DNA of 64,000 bases from Isurus oxyrinchus (GCA_026770705.1 JANJGN010000026.1:34782001-34846000), one strand, 5' to 3'; positions 35,076 to 49,670 are shown, numbered from the stretch's first letter. Translations and numbers: made by a program. Notes: generated by a model from the sequence alone, not told the origin.

Positions 35076-36834
35076 ACTGGATCCACGCCCCACCTTCCAC
35101 ATCCCCAACAGAATGGACTCAGATATTTACAATAGGTTATTGTTAAAAGTGGACATTTTATCTGTGTCGGGATATTTGGCTGAATGGATTCATTGTAATG
35201 TCTCCTTTTGCTCTAATGGTGAAATTGCAGTTGAGCATCTGTTAATAAAAATCTCATTCCATTGTAAATTAAATCCATTTATTTCTACACTACTTCCCAA
35301 GGAGTTGAAGCTAAAAAATTAAATTACATTATCAGGGAATAAAGGTCAGTCTGTTTTGCAGCAACCCGGGTCTATATCTCACTACAATAATTAAGCGTCA
35401 TCAGTCATAGGAATTATTATTGATTCATATAACGAAATGCGGGGGATGAACAAAGTGATTCTATTTACAGCCAGGGTGGCTATCGCTGTACAATTTGGGT
35501 CCGAAGATAAGAATCTCCTCACATTATACAATGCCTCTCCTTGCATTTCTCGATCTGCCCCTGACCCAAAGACAGCCCTATGAAAACTAGCGATAAAAGA
35601 AGCCCGCCTGCCTGATAATTCAACAGTAAGTTTACAGAGAAACGTAAAATTTACATAAACTTTTGACAGAAAAGTTAATGAATCAGAACAGACACGGAGA
35701 TCAGAAAAGTTATTCTTCAGCATCCAAATCATTGCAGCTAATTTTATTGACTTCCCGCTGTCTACCATTCACTGGTTTTGGCAACACAGGATATTAGGAC
35801 TTTGCGGCATATTACACAATATCACAAGAATAAATGTTTTATCTTCCACTGAAGCGGGTCATGAACTGGTCATTTCTCCACTCATTGGCAGCTATGAGAG
35901 GGACTGTTAAATAATCGAAGTCAGCACAAATTAAACTGTACAGTTCACGGTGCTAATGACGTATAAGAGACCCTTCAGGCTAAATGAGGTGCACAACTGG
36001 GAGAATATTTAAGGAATTCCTGCAGGTTGAAGACAATTCTATGATTTTCTTTTAATTTAATTTCTTTTAATTTTTTGCCATTCTACTCAGCTCATTGGAC
36101 TGGGGGATTGGGACCATCAACTTTGCTTTCTCGCAAACCATGAAGTTCATAATCAACCGGCTTTAATGACTGGAATGCCCTTTCCTTAGATATAACATAA
36201 ATTGATATGTGGTGAATTTAATATTTTTTGATCGAGTTTAGTCTCACAGTGAACACAGCATTAATTCAAATGTTTCCTTAGATGAAATACCATTTAAAAT
36301 GTCTCTTTCATGTGCGACTGAAACATTTATTGTTTGAATGGCAAAAACCATTTTGTTTATTCATATCCAGGCTAATCTGCCTCACACAGTATTTGGACGC
36401 AAGCCAGCCGGCTGCAGTCAGGGAGGCTCGAATATCCGATGTTGTTTACAGGAAGCATCAGGGAGTTTGTGCGGTTAATTAAAGATCTGTTTCCTCAGAA
36501 CTGGCCGCTTGGCTGCAAGCCAACTTCAAACCCTTAGCATTGTCAACAAGGCCTGTTTATAACAAATCTACCCAGCAACAACACTGGAGTCAGTTTTATT
36601 TTTTAAGTTGTGAACCTATGTGAACTGTTCCCATCTCTCAGGGAAGAAAAGTTATCCAGCTTTTCTGACACCTTGTTAACAACAATAGTTCATTGGAGGA
36701 TTTCTCCAACACATCATAAAATTCTGATGGATGGATGGATGAAAAGAATTACAGACAGACTATTAGAGAGGACTTAGAAAGAGGATACATTTTGTAACAG
36801 TCAAACATATACATTTGTGTGATTTTTTTTGCCC

Positions 36835-37195
36835 CTTTACTCTTTCATGGGATGTGGGAGTCATTGGCAAGGCCAGCATTTGTTACCTGTCCCTAATTGC
36901 CTTTGAACTGAGTGCCTTGCTCGGCCATTTCAGAGGGCAGTTAGAGTCCATCATGTTGCTGCGGATCTGGAGCCATATGTAGGCCAGACTAGGTACAGTG
37001 GCAGATTTCCTTTCCTGAAGGACATTAGTGAATCAGATGAGTTTTCTTTCCACAATCGAAGGTAGTTTCACGATTTCCTTCACTGGACCAGCTTTCAATC
37101 CCGGATTTATTGTTGAATTTAAATTCCACTAGCTACCATGGTGGGATTTGAATTTGTGTCTTTGTTACTTATCCAGTGACATTAATACAACACAA
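36835..37195 (-). mobile_element. HE1-type SINE
   Basis: Reverse complement of the 14290-14645 element. Confidence 0.85.
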
Positions 37196-38007
37196 CTGTC
37201 TGCCAAAGAATGGGGGGATGACTGCAGTGATGCAGGAATGAATCGTAATTGGATGTCTGGATATTTTGATTAAGGAATCAATGAATGGGTTGACCGATGT
37301 ATCGATCGGCGTGCCTGAAGAACGCTGTTCTACTTTCCCAAATTGGTGCACAACTACTTGATGTCTTGAAGCAGGTTCAGTATTTCATTTAAGTCAGTCT
37401 AATACCTTCACCAACCGCCCCCCCCGCCCCACCCCCGCAATTTTTCTGGATGTATTCCATCCCCAGGCTAACGAGCTGAATGTCACAAGAGAAGGCTGGA
37501 GATGTCCCTGCGGTACCGATGATACTTCCCTGTTGATGGTGAATCATCATCTTTCAGACAGAAAGCGGGTACATAATCTGGTTTTGGATAGAGGATTGTA
37601 ATATTTGAAATATGTGGTCTTTGTATGTACAACAAAACATTCAACATATCCTCACCCAAATTACTGAAGGTAACAGACATTACTCATTGGAGAGCCGCAT
37701 TAACTTACAGTCAGGTCCAGATAGTTTTATTTATCCCATCACTTTACAAACCCTCACACACTCCAGTTATATATCAGGAGTTTCTGTGTGATGATGAGGT
37801 GATTACTTGTCAATAAAGCACAGAGGCTGCTGGGTAGCTGCTCATTACCCTCGGTCTGATTTAATTCCATTTCCCACTGAATTCTGGGACAGATATGATC
37901 CCTTACTGACAGAATGGTCAATGTGATCTCACTCAATGTTAATGATATTAAATGAATCGCAATTACATTTTGTATGGAATAAAAGGCTGAAAATGATTGG
38001 TTCATGC

Positions 38008-38260
38008 AATTATTAATCTTTGTGAATGGATGATAATTTCTGAATATAATTATTTATCTTGTGTGTTGATGATAATTGGTGAATATAGTTATTTATCTTT
38101 GTGAATTGATGATAGTTGGTGAATTTAAATATTTATCTTTGTGAATTGATGCAAATTGGTGAATATACTTATTTATCTTTGTGAATTGATGATAATTCTT
38201 GAATATAATTATTTATGTTCGTGAATTGATAATCGTTGATGTTGATAATTATTTATCTTT
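38008..38260. repeat. 40-bp AT-rich minisatellite, about 6 units
   Basis: TATTTATCTTTGTGAATTGATGATAATTGGTGAATATAAT, landmarks 38051, 38090, 38130, 38170, 38210. Confidence 0.9.
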
Positions 38261-38499
38261 CTCTGTCTTTACCACATTCTTCTTTTCTGCTGAAAGATAA
38301 TTTCCGTTCCACAGGAGGTTAATGATGCAAAAAATCACCACACTATCTGAAAACAAACGGGTGAGACTGCAACAACTACAAGGATATCTCACTCAAAGAG
38401 TCACAGGGAAGGCCATTCCTCGGGTCATGCTTTAAAGACTTCATCTGGTTTCAGGCTGAAGCACAGTGTGATGTTTATGTCAGAAGATATACTCCGGAC

Positions 38500-39760
38500 A
38501 TGATTTGTTCTACATGCTGGCCACCGTCAGCAGAACAGGACTCCAGATGGTTTTTGGGAAAATTGGCTGCTCACCAAAGCTCCCCAGTCTCATCCACTCC
38601 TTCCATGACAATATGCGCTACTCTGCACAGATTGATGATTATACTTCCAACAGATTCGGAGTGAAGAATGGAGTGAAACAGGCCTGTGTCCAACCCCCAC
38701 TCTGTTGGGCACCTTTTTCATGCAGCTGATCTTTGTCTTCCCTGTCGATATGGAAGGAGTCGACTTACACACTCGATCAGACCGCAAACTCCACAATCTA
38801 TAAGACAGAAAGCGAAGACATAAACAGATTGAATCCTGATCAGAGAATTCCTCCACGCTGATAACTCTGTCATCAAAGTGGAAACTTATCCACAAAGACT
38901 GATGACCTGACTGTCCCATGCCTGTAACTCGTTCTCCCTGCAAATAAACATGGAGAAAACCGTGGTCATGGGAAAAAGTGTTGCATTTTCGTCATTGATC
39001 ACACTAAATAACAAACGGATGGAAGTAAATTCCACTCCCTGGGCTCCATGGCGATTGGCAACCTGTTCCTTGATGAAGAACTTGATACCCACATGGGGAA
39101 AACAGCTGCCACCTTTGCCTGACTCATGAAACGCCCCTGGAATAACATCAAACTGACCCTTAGGACCAAGCTGATGGCTTATAAGGCCTGTGTACTCAGC
39201 ACCTTGTTGAATGGCTGTGAAACATGGGTGATTTACAGTTATCATGTAAAGAAGCTCCACAATTTTCATCTTCAATACCTGCTGCATATCATGGATATGT
39301 AATGGCAGGATAAAGTCACGAATGCAGTGATACTCTCAAAGGCAGAGCTCCTAAGGCTGAAGAACTCATCAAACAGAAGTGGTTTTTGTGGCTTGTGAAC
39401 ATTCGCAGATAGAAGATGGTCACAGACACAAGGACTTTCTGTTTGGTGAGGGAGCTGGAAGCAGGCAACCAGTGGGACGCCCAAAACTCTGCTTCAAGGC
39501 TGCTTCAAGTGAAGGCCTTAAATATCGATTATCACAACTGAGTGTAACTAACTGACAACTGAGGAAAATGACGACACCTCCTGTGGGTTGGCGTGAATCA
39601 CCACGATGACCAGCGGCTAAAGCGGCTTGGAAATCGAGGCCAACACCGGGAAGAAAAAACCTAGCCACAACGACACTTTGTAGCTTCGTGTAGCACTTGT
39701 GGCAGAGCCTGCCTCACAACAATTAGCCTCCTTAGCAATCAGCACATCTGAAGTGGGTTT
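38500..39760 (+). mobile_element. RTE-clade LINE RT and 3' region, degenerate
   Basis: KIGCSPKLPSLIHSFHDNM…FGVKNGVKQACV and downstream TKLMAYKACVLSTLLNGCETW. Confidence 0.88.
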
Positions 39761-40679
39761 GTTTCCATTGTGTGTCTGTGACCTTTCATAGATAGAAGGT
39801 TATCCAGGATCATCATGAAATTCAGTTGCAAACAATGTGATTTGCTTCTCGCTCTTTCTCTCCCTCCCAATCTCCCTCACATATACACAGACCAAAATGG
39901 CATCTTGGGCTTCAACTTAAAATGCCACATTGACTTCCTGGGAGGCTCCATAGGCCTTAACTGTTGAAGAAAATGACTCTAACTGTCTATCAGTTGGTAT
40001 CATGAACCAATAAACTCTTCCCAACACTATCTTTGTTGAGGTGGATATTAAAGTTCCCGCCGTCTCTATACAGCTCCCTGGTCAACATCCCTCCCTTTAA
40101 TCAAGATGAACAATGTTACATCATTAGGAATTGGGCCGCTTTACTCTGGTGCTGAGTTTAACGTGCGCTAATCAATCATGTTCATCTGCAATTAGTTCAA
40201 TTTTGTTAAATTTTGACACCTCCCGCTGAAAGCGATGTGGTGTGACACCTGGGGAAGTGGATTCTTGATACAATAATGTCAAAGATCTAACCTGACAGCG
40301 ACATTTTCACAGTAGCTGCAATTGCAAAGTGTGGCCAGCAGATGGATGTGAAATCCTGATGGACACATTCTATGAAACAGGCATTGTCTCAGTTAATATG
40401 CGCTGGACCCTGTCTCTATCTTTTTAAATTGGACTCCATCTATTTTTATATTAAATCAAACACTGTCTTTCTTTATATTTCAATGTACCCTGTTTCAATT
40501 AATACTGAACCAATCAATACCAATACTTATATCACATAGTCTGGAAGTTTCCAATTCAAACAGATCGGATTTACCTCTGCAGTCCTGTCACATCCAGTTG
40601 TAAATGGTGGTGGACAAGTAAACAAATAACTGGAGAATGGGGCTCCACAAAACTGTGGGTCTGGAGTTATATGTATGGG

Positions 40680-41170
40680 AAGTGGTGATGTGCTGCTATT
40701 CTCACTGGGCTAGTAAATCGCTGGGGGTCTGGGTTTGAATCCCACCACGGCAGATGGTGAAATTTGAATCGAGAAATCTAATGATGACCATGAAACCATT
40801 GTCATAAAAACCCAACCTAACAAGCGACATTGTTCTCAAGGGGGCAGTTAGGGATGGCCAATAAATGCTGGCCTATCCAGCGCCACCCCCATTCTCATGA
40901 ACGAACAAAAAAAGAATGTAGTCCAGACTGGGTAAGGATGGCAGGTTTCCTTCCCTAAAGGACATCGGTGAACCAGGTGGATGTTTAATATAACCGATTA
41001 TAGTTTCATGGTCAGCATTATTGAGATAAGATTTCAATTCCAGATTTATTAATTGAATTTGGATTCTACATGCTGCCCTAATGGGATTCAAACCCCTATC
41101 CCCAGAGAAAGGGCCCAGATCTCTGGGTTACTGATCCAGTGACGTTCCCACTGCACGATCGTCCCTCCCA
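40680..41170. mobile_element. Two partial HE1-type SINEs in opposite orientation
   Basis: Plus copy about 40680-40910, minus copy about 40915-41170. Confidence 0.75.
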
Positions 41171-41799
41171 TGTCATACAGGGTCCTGGTTCGATTATTAA
41201 TTCCCTGGGAACTACTTTATTTCTATTGTGCTGGATCAGGCCTCTGTTTGTATGAAAATAGACCCAATCTCATTAATGTTCCACTGGAAGCCATCTCAGT
41301 TTGTATTGCACTAGATTCTTTCTCTGTTTACATTACACCAGGCCCTGTCTCTGTTTATGTTATATTAAATCTTGACTATGTCTACATTATAGTGGTCATT
41401 GTAACTATGACACTAGGCTGTGTTTCTGAAGAAGTCATATGGACTCGAAACATTAACTCTGTTTCTCTCTCCACAGATGCTGTCCAACCTGCTGAGTTTG
41501 TCCAGCATTTTCTGTCTTTATTTCAGATTTCCAGCATTTGCAGTATTTTGCTTTTATCTATGCCTCTATTTAACTTATGGCTGCATTACTCCGTGTTACT
41601 GTGAGATGGAGAGATAATATCAGAATTAAAGATGTTAGGCTAGAAATCGGTATCTGGCATTAGCCTGAAAGGACGGTATCAGATCGGCCGTATATGCTAC
41701 GCAGCACTTGATATTCATTTTCAGTGCAGTCTGCAGAATTAGATTTCAGATATCCCTTCTTTTCCTGCGCCAAAGGCCAGTTTCCCACCTATGGAGTGG

Positions 41800-44220
41800 T
41801 ATGTGTAGGAGGATGCAGGGCGTTGTGTTCCCATGTGCTTGTTGCCCTTGTTATTCTGGGAGGTGGAGGTCACAGGTATGGAACGTGTTGTTGAAGAGGC
41901 CTTGGTGAGTTGCTGCATTGCATCTTGTGGATGACACACACTGCAGCCACTGTGTATCAATGGCGAAGGGAGTGAATGTTTAACACCGGGATGAGGAACC
42001 TATCAAGGGGTTGATTTCCCCTGGTTGGTGTGGAGGTTCTTGAGTGTTGCTGCAGTTAAATTCGTCAAGGAAAGTAAACAACTTACAACAGGCATCTGAC
42101 TTGCAGATTTGCAGATGGTGGAAGAGCTTCGGGGAGTCCGGAGCTGAGTTATTCACCACAGGATTTCCAGCCTCTGACCTACTCTTGTAGCCACAGTATT
42201 CATATGGCTGGTCCAGTTCAGTTTCTGTTCGATAGCACCTGCATAACGTTGATGGTGGGTTTCAACGACGGTAATGTCTTTTGAACGTCATGTGGAGATG
42301 TTTAGTTTCTTTATTGTTGGAGTTGGTCATTGCCTGGCACTTGTGTGCTGTTTATATCACTTGCAACTTATCAGTGCAAACTTGTCCAGTTCGAGATGCA
42401 ACAAGTAAGGATGGTTTCATTATCTGAGAAGTCATAAATGGAACTGAACTTGGTGTAAATATGAGCGAACATCCCCACTCCTGACCCAGTGATGAAGGGA
42501 AGGTCACTGATGAAGCAGCTGAAGATGGTTGGACCAAGAACACTTCTCTGAGAGACTCCTGGAATGATGTCCTGGTGCCGAGATGATTGGTCTTCAACAA
42601 CACAACATCTTCATATGCGCTAGGTGTGACTCCAGCCAGTGGAGAGACTTGCCCCTCGTTCCCATTGACCTGACACTTTCCAAGGTTTTCTGATGCCGCA
42701 CTCAGTTAATAGCTACTGTGACAACAAGTACTGATGCACTCATACATCATGTCTGGAAGTTCGCTCTCTTGTCCATGTTCAGACCAAGTTTACAATGAAA
42801 TTTGATGCTGCCTGATCCTGGTGGATCCAGTCTGAGCTTTGGTGAGCAGGTCGGTGACACCTTCAGTCACTTTACTGATGATTGAGAGTAGACTGATTGA
42901 GCTGCAAGGGAACGGACCTGATCTGTTGTCCATTACATACAGTGTTCTAGCTTCACATGGTTCATCATTTTCAGGTATGCCTGGTCTTGCTTCTGACCTG
43001 CTGTTCTTCATTCCTCATTGTTCCCAGGCTGGATGTTAGAGTCATAGATTCATAGACGTTTACAGCACAGATAGAGGCCATTCAGCCCATCGTTTCTGCC
43101 CCGGTAAACAAAGATCTGACTACACTAATCCCATTTTCTCGCACTTGGCTATGGCAACTTAAGTGAACATTTAAATCCTTCTTAAATGTTACGAGAGTTT
43201 CTGACTCAACCATCCTTTCCGGAAGTGAGTTCCAAATTCCCACCACACTCTGGATGAAAAAGATTTTCCTCAACTCCCCTCTTAGCCTTCTATCTCTTAT
43301 CTAAAATCTCTGCTCTCTGGTTTTTGACCCCTCTACTAATGGAAAAGGTGCCTTCCTATCCACCCTACCTATGCCCATCAGCACCCCCTCAACCATCATT
43401 GCTCCAAGGAAAACAGCCCAGCATATCCAATCTTTTCTCATAGCTCAGACCCTGCAGCCCAGACAGCATCCTGGTAAATCTCCTCTGCACTCTCTCCAGT
43501 GCAGTCACATACTTCCGAGAAATGTGGTGACCAGAACTGCACGTAGTGCTCCACTTGTGGCCTAACCAATGTTTTATACAGTTCCAGCATAACCTACCTG
43601 CTGTTGTGTTCTATGCCTCAGCTAATAAAGGGAAATAACCCATATGCCTTCTTAACCACCTCATCTACCTGCTCTGCTACCTTCAGGAATCTGTGGATAG
43701 GCACACTAAGGTTTGAGTGAGGGATATTATGGTCCATGAGATTACAGGGTGTGATTGAATGCAACTATCCTGCTGTTAATGACCAACAGTATCTCGTTGA
43801 TGCTAAGTTTTGAGCTGCTAGACCTGTTCTGTATCCTGTTTAGCACAGCGGCAGTGCCACACAACACAATGGAGAATGTGCTCAGTGTGAATACCGGCCT
43901 TGGTTTCCACAAGGACAGTGCAGGGGTCGATCTCAACAATATCAATAGTGTGGTGGGCCGGAGATCAGGTAAGGGTTTCCCTCGTGTTGGCTCTCTAACC
44001 ATCTGTGGCAGGTCCATCCTGTCAGATACGTCGTTCAGGACTCATCCAGCTCCGGCATTTGTGGTCTTGTCAAATGGCAATTGATTTTGCAAATTCACAG
44101 CACATTCATTGCCTTTGCTACCCTCAGTGTTTCTTCCACGCAGCACTGAAGATGAAGGAGTACAGATTCATCAGCTGAGGGAGGGTAATCACCAGGAGGT
44201 ATCCCACCCAGATCTTATCT
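41800..44220 (-). mobile_element. Fragmented HER1-type LINE with a nested CR1 (about 43040-43710)
   Basis: ISLLSIISKVTEGV and LPQMVREPTRGK remnants; the nested copy has RKIFFIQSVVGIWNSLP and its own tail. Confidence 0.75.
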
Positions 44221-44819
44221 GGTTCTGTGGGACTTCAATATGTGTCAATATTGCTGCACTCCATCGTGTCTCTTCATGTTATACTGGGCCTGTCTCATTG
44301 TCACTGCTCTCGTCCATGTTTCTGTTTCTGTAACACGGGACCTATCTCAGTTATTGCTGCTCTCCACCATGTCTCTGTTCATATTATACTGGGCCTGCCT
44401 CATTGTCACTGCTATAGTCCATGTTTCTGTTTCTGTAACACAGGGCCCTGTCTCAGTTATTGCTGCTCTCCACCATGTCTCTGTTCATATTACACTGTCT
44501 CATTGTTACTGTTCTAGTCCAAGTTTCTGTTTCTGTAACATTAGGTCCTGTCTCAGTTATTTATGTAATTGCCCTCTGTTTATATTACATTAGTATATTA
44601 CCTTACTTTATTGCACTTGACCCTGGAAATAGAAGTTAAAAGGTTTAATTTAAACAGCTGCAAGATAAGAGATGTCTGCAGAACATGAACTCAAATCTGG
44701 GATGCAGGGAGGTCATAACATCTAAATAGGCCCCCATGATAATTGTTGCCCCCCATATTGCTGCCTTATCTTCACGATTTCCACCCCAGCCAATTTCCAC
44801 ATTATTGCATGTGTGCAGT

Positions 44820-45690
44820 GCAGTAATAACTGAGACAGGGTCTAATGTAATTTAAATACAGATATGATCTAGCACAGAACTGAGACAGCATCTACAGAAA
44901 TATAGAGACAGTTCTAGATTAATATATACAGAGACAGGTCAATTGTAATATAAAGAGCGACAGGGCCTTGTTTAGTAGAAGCAAAGACAGGGTCTAGAGT
45001 AATATAAAGAGAAACAGGATCCAGTGTAATATAAATAGAGACAGGGTCTAGTGTATTATAAACATACAGGGCCCAGTTAAATATAAACAGGGGCAGGGCC
45101 TAGTGCAATATAAACAGAGACTGGATCTAATGTAATATAAACAGAGACAGCATCTAGTGCAAAATAAACAGAGACATATCGAGTATAATATTAACAGAGA
45201 CATGCTGAGTGTAATCTAAACAGCAACATATCAAGTGTAATACAAACAGGGGCAGAGCCTAGTATAATATAAACAGAGACAGGGTCTAATGTAATGTAAA
45301 CTGAGACAGGGATCAGTGTAACATAAACAGAAACAGGGTCTGGGGTAATATAAACCAGGGAGGGCCTAGTGCAATATAAACAGAGACAGCGTCTCATGCA
45401 ATATAAACAGAGGCATGTCAAATATAAAAAAGAGACTTGTTGAGTGTCATATAAACAGGGACAGGACCTAGTGCAATATAAACAGAGACGCCGTCCAGTG
45501 CAATATAAACAGAAACTTGTTGAGTATAATATAAACAGAGACATGTCGAGTGTAATATAAACAGGGACAGGGCCTAGTGTAATACAAACAGAGGCAGGGT
45601 CGACTGTAATATAAGCAGAGACAGGGTCTGGTCTGTATAATATAAAAAGGAACAGGGTCACGGTCAAACGCAATATCGAGACAGGGTCTA
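44820..45690 (-). repeat. 27-bp monomer array TAATATAAACAGAGACAGGGTCTAGTG, inverted relative to the main satellite
   Basis: Reverse complement CACTAGACCCTGTCTCTGTTTATATTA matches the satellite subunit. Confidence 0.9.
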
Positions 45691-46870
45691 CTGTCCCATC
45701 AAACAATCCCAGGACAGGTGCAGCATGGGGCTAGGCACAGAATTTAAAGCTCTAATTACATTGTCACATTGAACACTCCCAGGGAAGATGCAGTACAGGT
45801 TAGAGGGAGGGAAACTCCCTCAACACTGTCACCATGAAACACTCCCAGGGCAGATACAGCATGGGTTAGATAGGTTAGGCACAGTCTAGTGTAATGCATA
45901 GGCAAGACCCAAGGCTCCATCAAACAGCCCCAGGGCAGGTGTAGCATGAGGCTACATTAATAATGTAAAGTTCTCTCTACATTGTCACATGTAATAACAG
46001 CTGTTCCGCATCAGGCAAGAATGTGGTCTCTTCAGGTCAAAAATGAGTCTTATTTAAAATCCATGCCTAAAAGGAAGCATTTTATGAGCTTGTAACCTGT
46101 TTAAAGTTCAGGGTATTCTGTAATCATTACAGTGATATGGTATTTCTTAAAATAGAGAGAAACTCCTAAGGGAGGTAAAGCATGGGTTTGATTCAAGGTG
46201 AATCTCCCTCTACACTGTCGCCATCAAACATTCCCAAGGCAGGTACAACACCGTTCAGATACAGGGTAAAACTTCCTCTACATTGTCCGCTCAAACACAG
46301 TTGAGGCATGTAAGGGTAAGGGTTCCATGCAGTATAAAGTTTCCTCTGCACTCTTCATCAGACATTTCGCAGGCAGTTCGACACTGGGGGCAGGTAAAGA
46401 GGAAAGCTGCCTCCGCACCATCGCATCAGGCATTCCCAGGGCTAAGATACGGGGAAAATCTCCCTTTACACTGTCTCATCAAACACAGCCATGTCAAATA
46501 CAGCATGGTTTAGATGTAGAGTAAAGCTCCCTCTAAACTGCCCTATCACTTACTCCCAGGTCAGGTATAGCACAGTTTAGATACAGGGTAAATCTCCCTC
46601 TACACAGTCGTATCAAACACTCCCAGGGCAGTCACAGTGAAGGTTAGGTGCAAAGTAAAACTCCATCTGCACTGTCCCATCAGACACTCCAAAGGCAGGA
46701 ACAGCACGGGTTAGATACAGGGAAAGATCCTTTGGCACGGCCACATCAAATCTTCGCTATTGGCTGCAACACAGGTTAGATACAGAGTAAAGTTTCATCT
46801 GCAGTTTCCCACCAAGCACTCTCAAGTCGGTGAATGCTCAAAACAGATTTAGAGTAAAGTTCCCTTTACG
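45690..46870. repeat. 67-bp minisatellite (CTGTCCCATCAAACACTCCCAGGGCAGGTACAGCACGGGTTAGATACAGAGTAAAGCTCCCTCTACA-type)
   Basis: Landmarks 46521, 46588, 46655. Interrupted at about 46000-46160; isolated copies near 29170-29290 and 29920-30020. Confidence 0.88.
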
Positions 46871-48619
46871 GATTATAATCCATTTCATTAGATCAATTTA
46901 GATTGAAGTGTATGAATCGGGCTGAGAGAATACATTGGCTAGACATTAATTTCATGTTGTGGAGTAAAGACAGTGACCCATGGTGGAGAGACAAGACAAA
47001 GAACCAGAGAGGAGAAAGAGGCAGAGAGAGGATACAGGAAATCTCTACAAACACATTTGCCATGACATTATATTTCATGATAAATGGGAATCTTTCTTAA
47101 TTCTGAACATAGATATCAACGTGACATAATTCTCATTTAACTGATTTAAAAATGCCCCAAAAACAATTGCTACTGAAATCTGTTGATGTATTTGCATGTT
47201 TGACACTATTTCTGTGCTGTGTTGATGGGGAAATATTTGCTGTGCTTTTGTGTCTCCAGAATCTAATCTGGGACTTCTATTTCTGTGTTTATTTACATAA
47301 ACGCCTGACTGACTTCAATGAAGTGTTCATGGCAGCAAAACCAGATAAACACAGACACTTATTGATTGGTTTCAACTCAAAACAAGGGTTTATTTTAAGA
47401 ATATTGACAGTTGGTACAAAATTAATAGAAACATTTTCAACATCCATTAGAACAGATGTTATTTATTTCAAACAATCAAAGATACATTTCAATTAATAAT
47501 TCAGTTCTGAAAGTTCTACTATATCAATCAATGAAGAATATTTGAACAGGCTGGCATTCCACTGAATGTCAATTTGTTGGAAGATTTAACCGATTTAAAA
47601 TGGACAATTTAAAACAGCAGCCAGAGGAGTGACCTATAATCATATTAATCTCAGAGTTTTCAACATGTCACTACTAGCATTTTAAAATGTTAACATTTAA
47701 GAAGAATTTACACTTATAGAACGCTGCTCATGACCCCAGGACATCCTAAAGCCCTTGAAATTCATTGATGTACATTTGTTGAAGTTTAGTCACTGCTGAA
47801 ATGTTGGAAATCCATCTGGTGTGTGATTTATGCACAGCAAGCTCCCATTAATGAAGTTGTGAAAATGACAAGATAATATGTGATTTTAGTTGAAGAATGA
47901 ATATTGGTCCAGGATAGTGGAGAGAACAGTCCTGCTCTACAGTTTGGTACCAAGGGAGATTTTTCACCTGTCATCGGCCTGAAAGCCTGACCTGTTTCTC
48001 TCTCTATTGATGCCCACTCATCTGCTGCGTGGTTATTTTTTGCCCTGCTTTAGATTTCCCGAATCCGCAGTATTTTGTAGTGTTTTAATTCATTTTTGGG
48101 ATATGGGCGTCAATGATAAAGTAATTTTTGCACTTGGCCCTGTCTGAGTTTATTCTAGTCCAGACCATATATCAGGAATCACTGCACTGGACCCTGTCTC
48201 AGTTTCTATTAATCGAGACCCTGTATTAGTAAAGGCTGCACTGGACATTATCTGAGTTTAAATTGATCAGGACCATGTATTAGCAAACACTGCACTGACC
48301 CTGTCTCAGTTTCTATTAATCTAGACCCTGTATTAGTAATGACTGCACTAGGCCTTGATTCAGTTTATATTAGTCCAGACCCTCTATCAGTAATCATTGT
48401 AAAGGACACTGTCTCAGTTTATATTGATCCTGATCCTGTATCATTAATTATGCACTAGCCCCTGTCCTAGTTTATAATAATCAAGTTCCTGAGTCAGTAA
48501 TCACTGCAATAGGCCCTGTCACAGTTTTTATTAATCTAGATCCTCTGTCAGTAATCACTGCACCAGACGCTGACTCAATTGACATTGATCTTGACCTGTA
48601 TCAGTAATCAGTTTATATT

Positions 48620-49670
48620 ATCACAGAATCACAAATTCACACTGAGCAGAAGAGGCCCTTCGGACAATCGAGTCTGCACTGACACATGAGAAACACCTGA
48701 TCTACCTACCTAATCCCATTTACCAGCATTTGGCCCTTAGCCTTGAATGTTCTGACGTGCCAAGTGCTCATCCGGGTACTTTTTAAAGGATGTGAGGCAA
48801 CCTGTCTCCACCACCCTCCCAGGCAGCACATTCCAGACCGTCACCACCCTCTGGGTAAAAACATTTTTCCTGACATCCCCACTAAACCTCCTCACCTTGA
48901 ACTTATGCCCCCTTCAACTAAGGGGACCAGCTGCTCCCTATCCACCCTGTCCATGCCCCTCATAATCTTGTGCACTTCGATCAGGTCACCCCTTAGTCTT
49001 CTCTGCTCCAAACAAAACAACCCAAGTCTATCCAACCTCTCTTCATCTCTTAAACGTTTCATCCCAGGCAACATCCTGGTGAATCTCCTCTACACCCCCT
49101 CCAGTGCAATCACATCCTTCCTGTAATGTGGTGACCAGAACTGCACACAGTACTCCAGCTGTGTCCTCACCAAGTTCTATACAAGTCCAACATGGCCTCC
49201 CTACTTGTGTAAGCTATGCCTTGATTGATAAAGGCGTGTGTCCCATATGCCTTTTTAACATGCTTCTCCACCTTCAGAGATCAATGGACACACACGCCAA
49301 GGTCCCTTTCTTCCTCAGAACTTCCTAGTGTCATCCTGTTCATTGAATACTTCCTAGTCAAATTACTCCTTCTAAAGTGTATCACCTCACACTTTTCAGG
49401 GTTAAATTCCATCTGCCACTTATCTGCCCTTTTGACCATCCCATCTATATCTTCCTGTAGGCCAAGACACTCAACCTCACTGTTAACCAGTGTGTCCTCT
49501 GCAAACTTACTAAGATGACTACAAAGTCATCTATGTCATTTATATAAATGCCAAATAAGGGGGTACACAGCACAGTTCCCTATGGTACGCCACTGAACAC
49601 TGCCTTCCAGTCACTAAAGCATCCTTCTGTCATCAAACTCTGTCTCCTACAATTAAGCCAATTTTTTGAA
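48620..49670 (-). mobile_element. CR1 3' part inserted in the satellite
   Basis: RLRGDLIEVHKIMRGMDRVD and CR1 tail. Confidence 0.9.

Noticed and set aside
35100-38000. Additional V segment or gene upstream of the leader (e.g. ORF 35391-35768)
   Set aside because: No Ig motifs, RSS or recognisable protein similarity.
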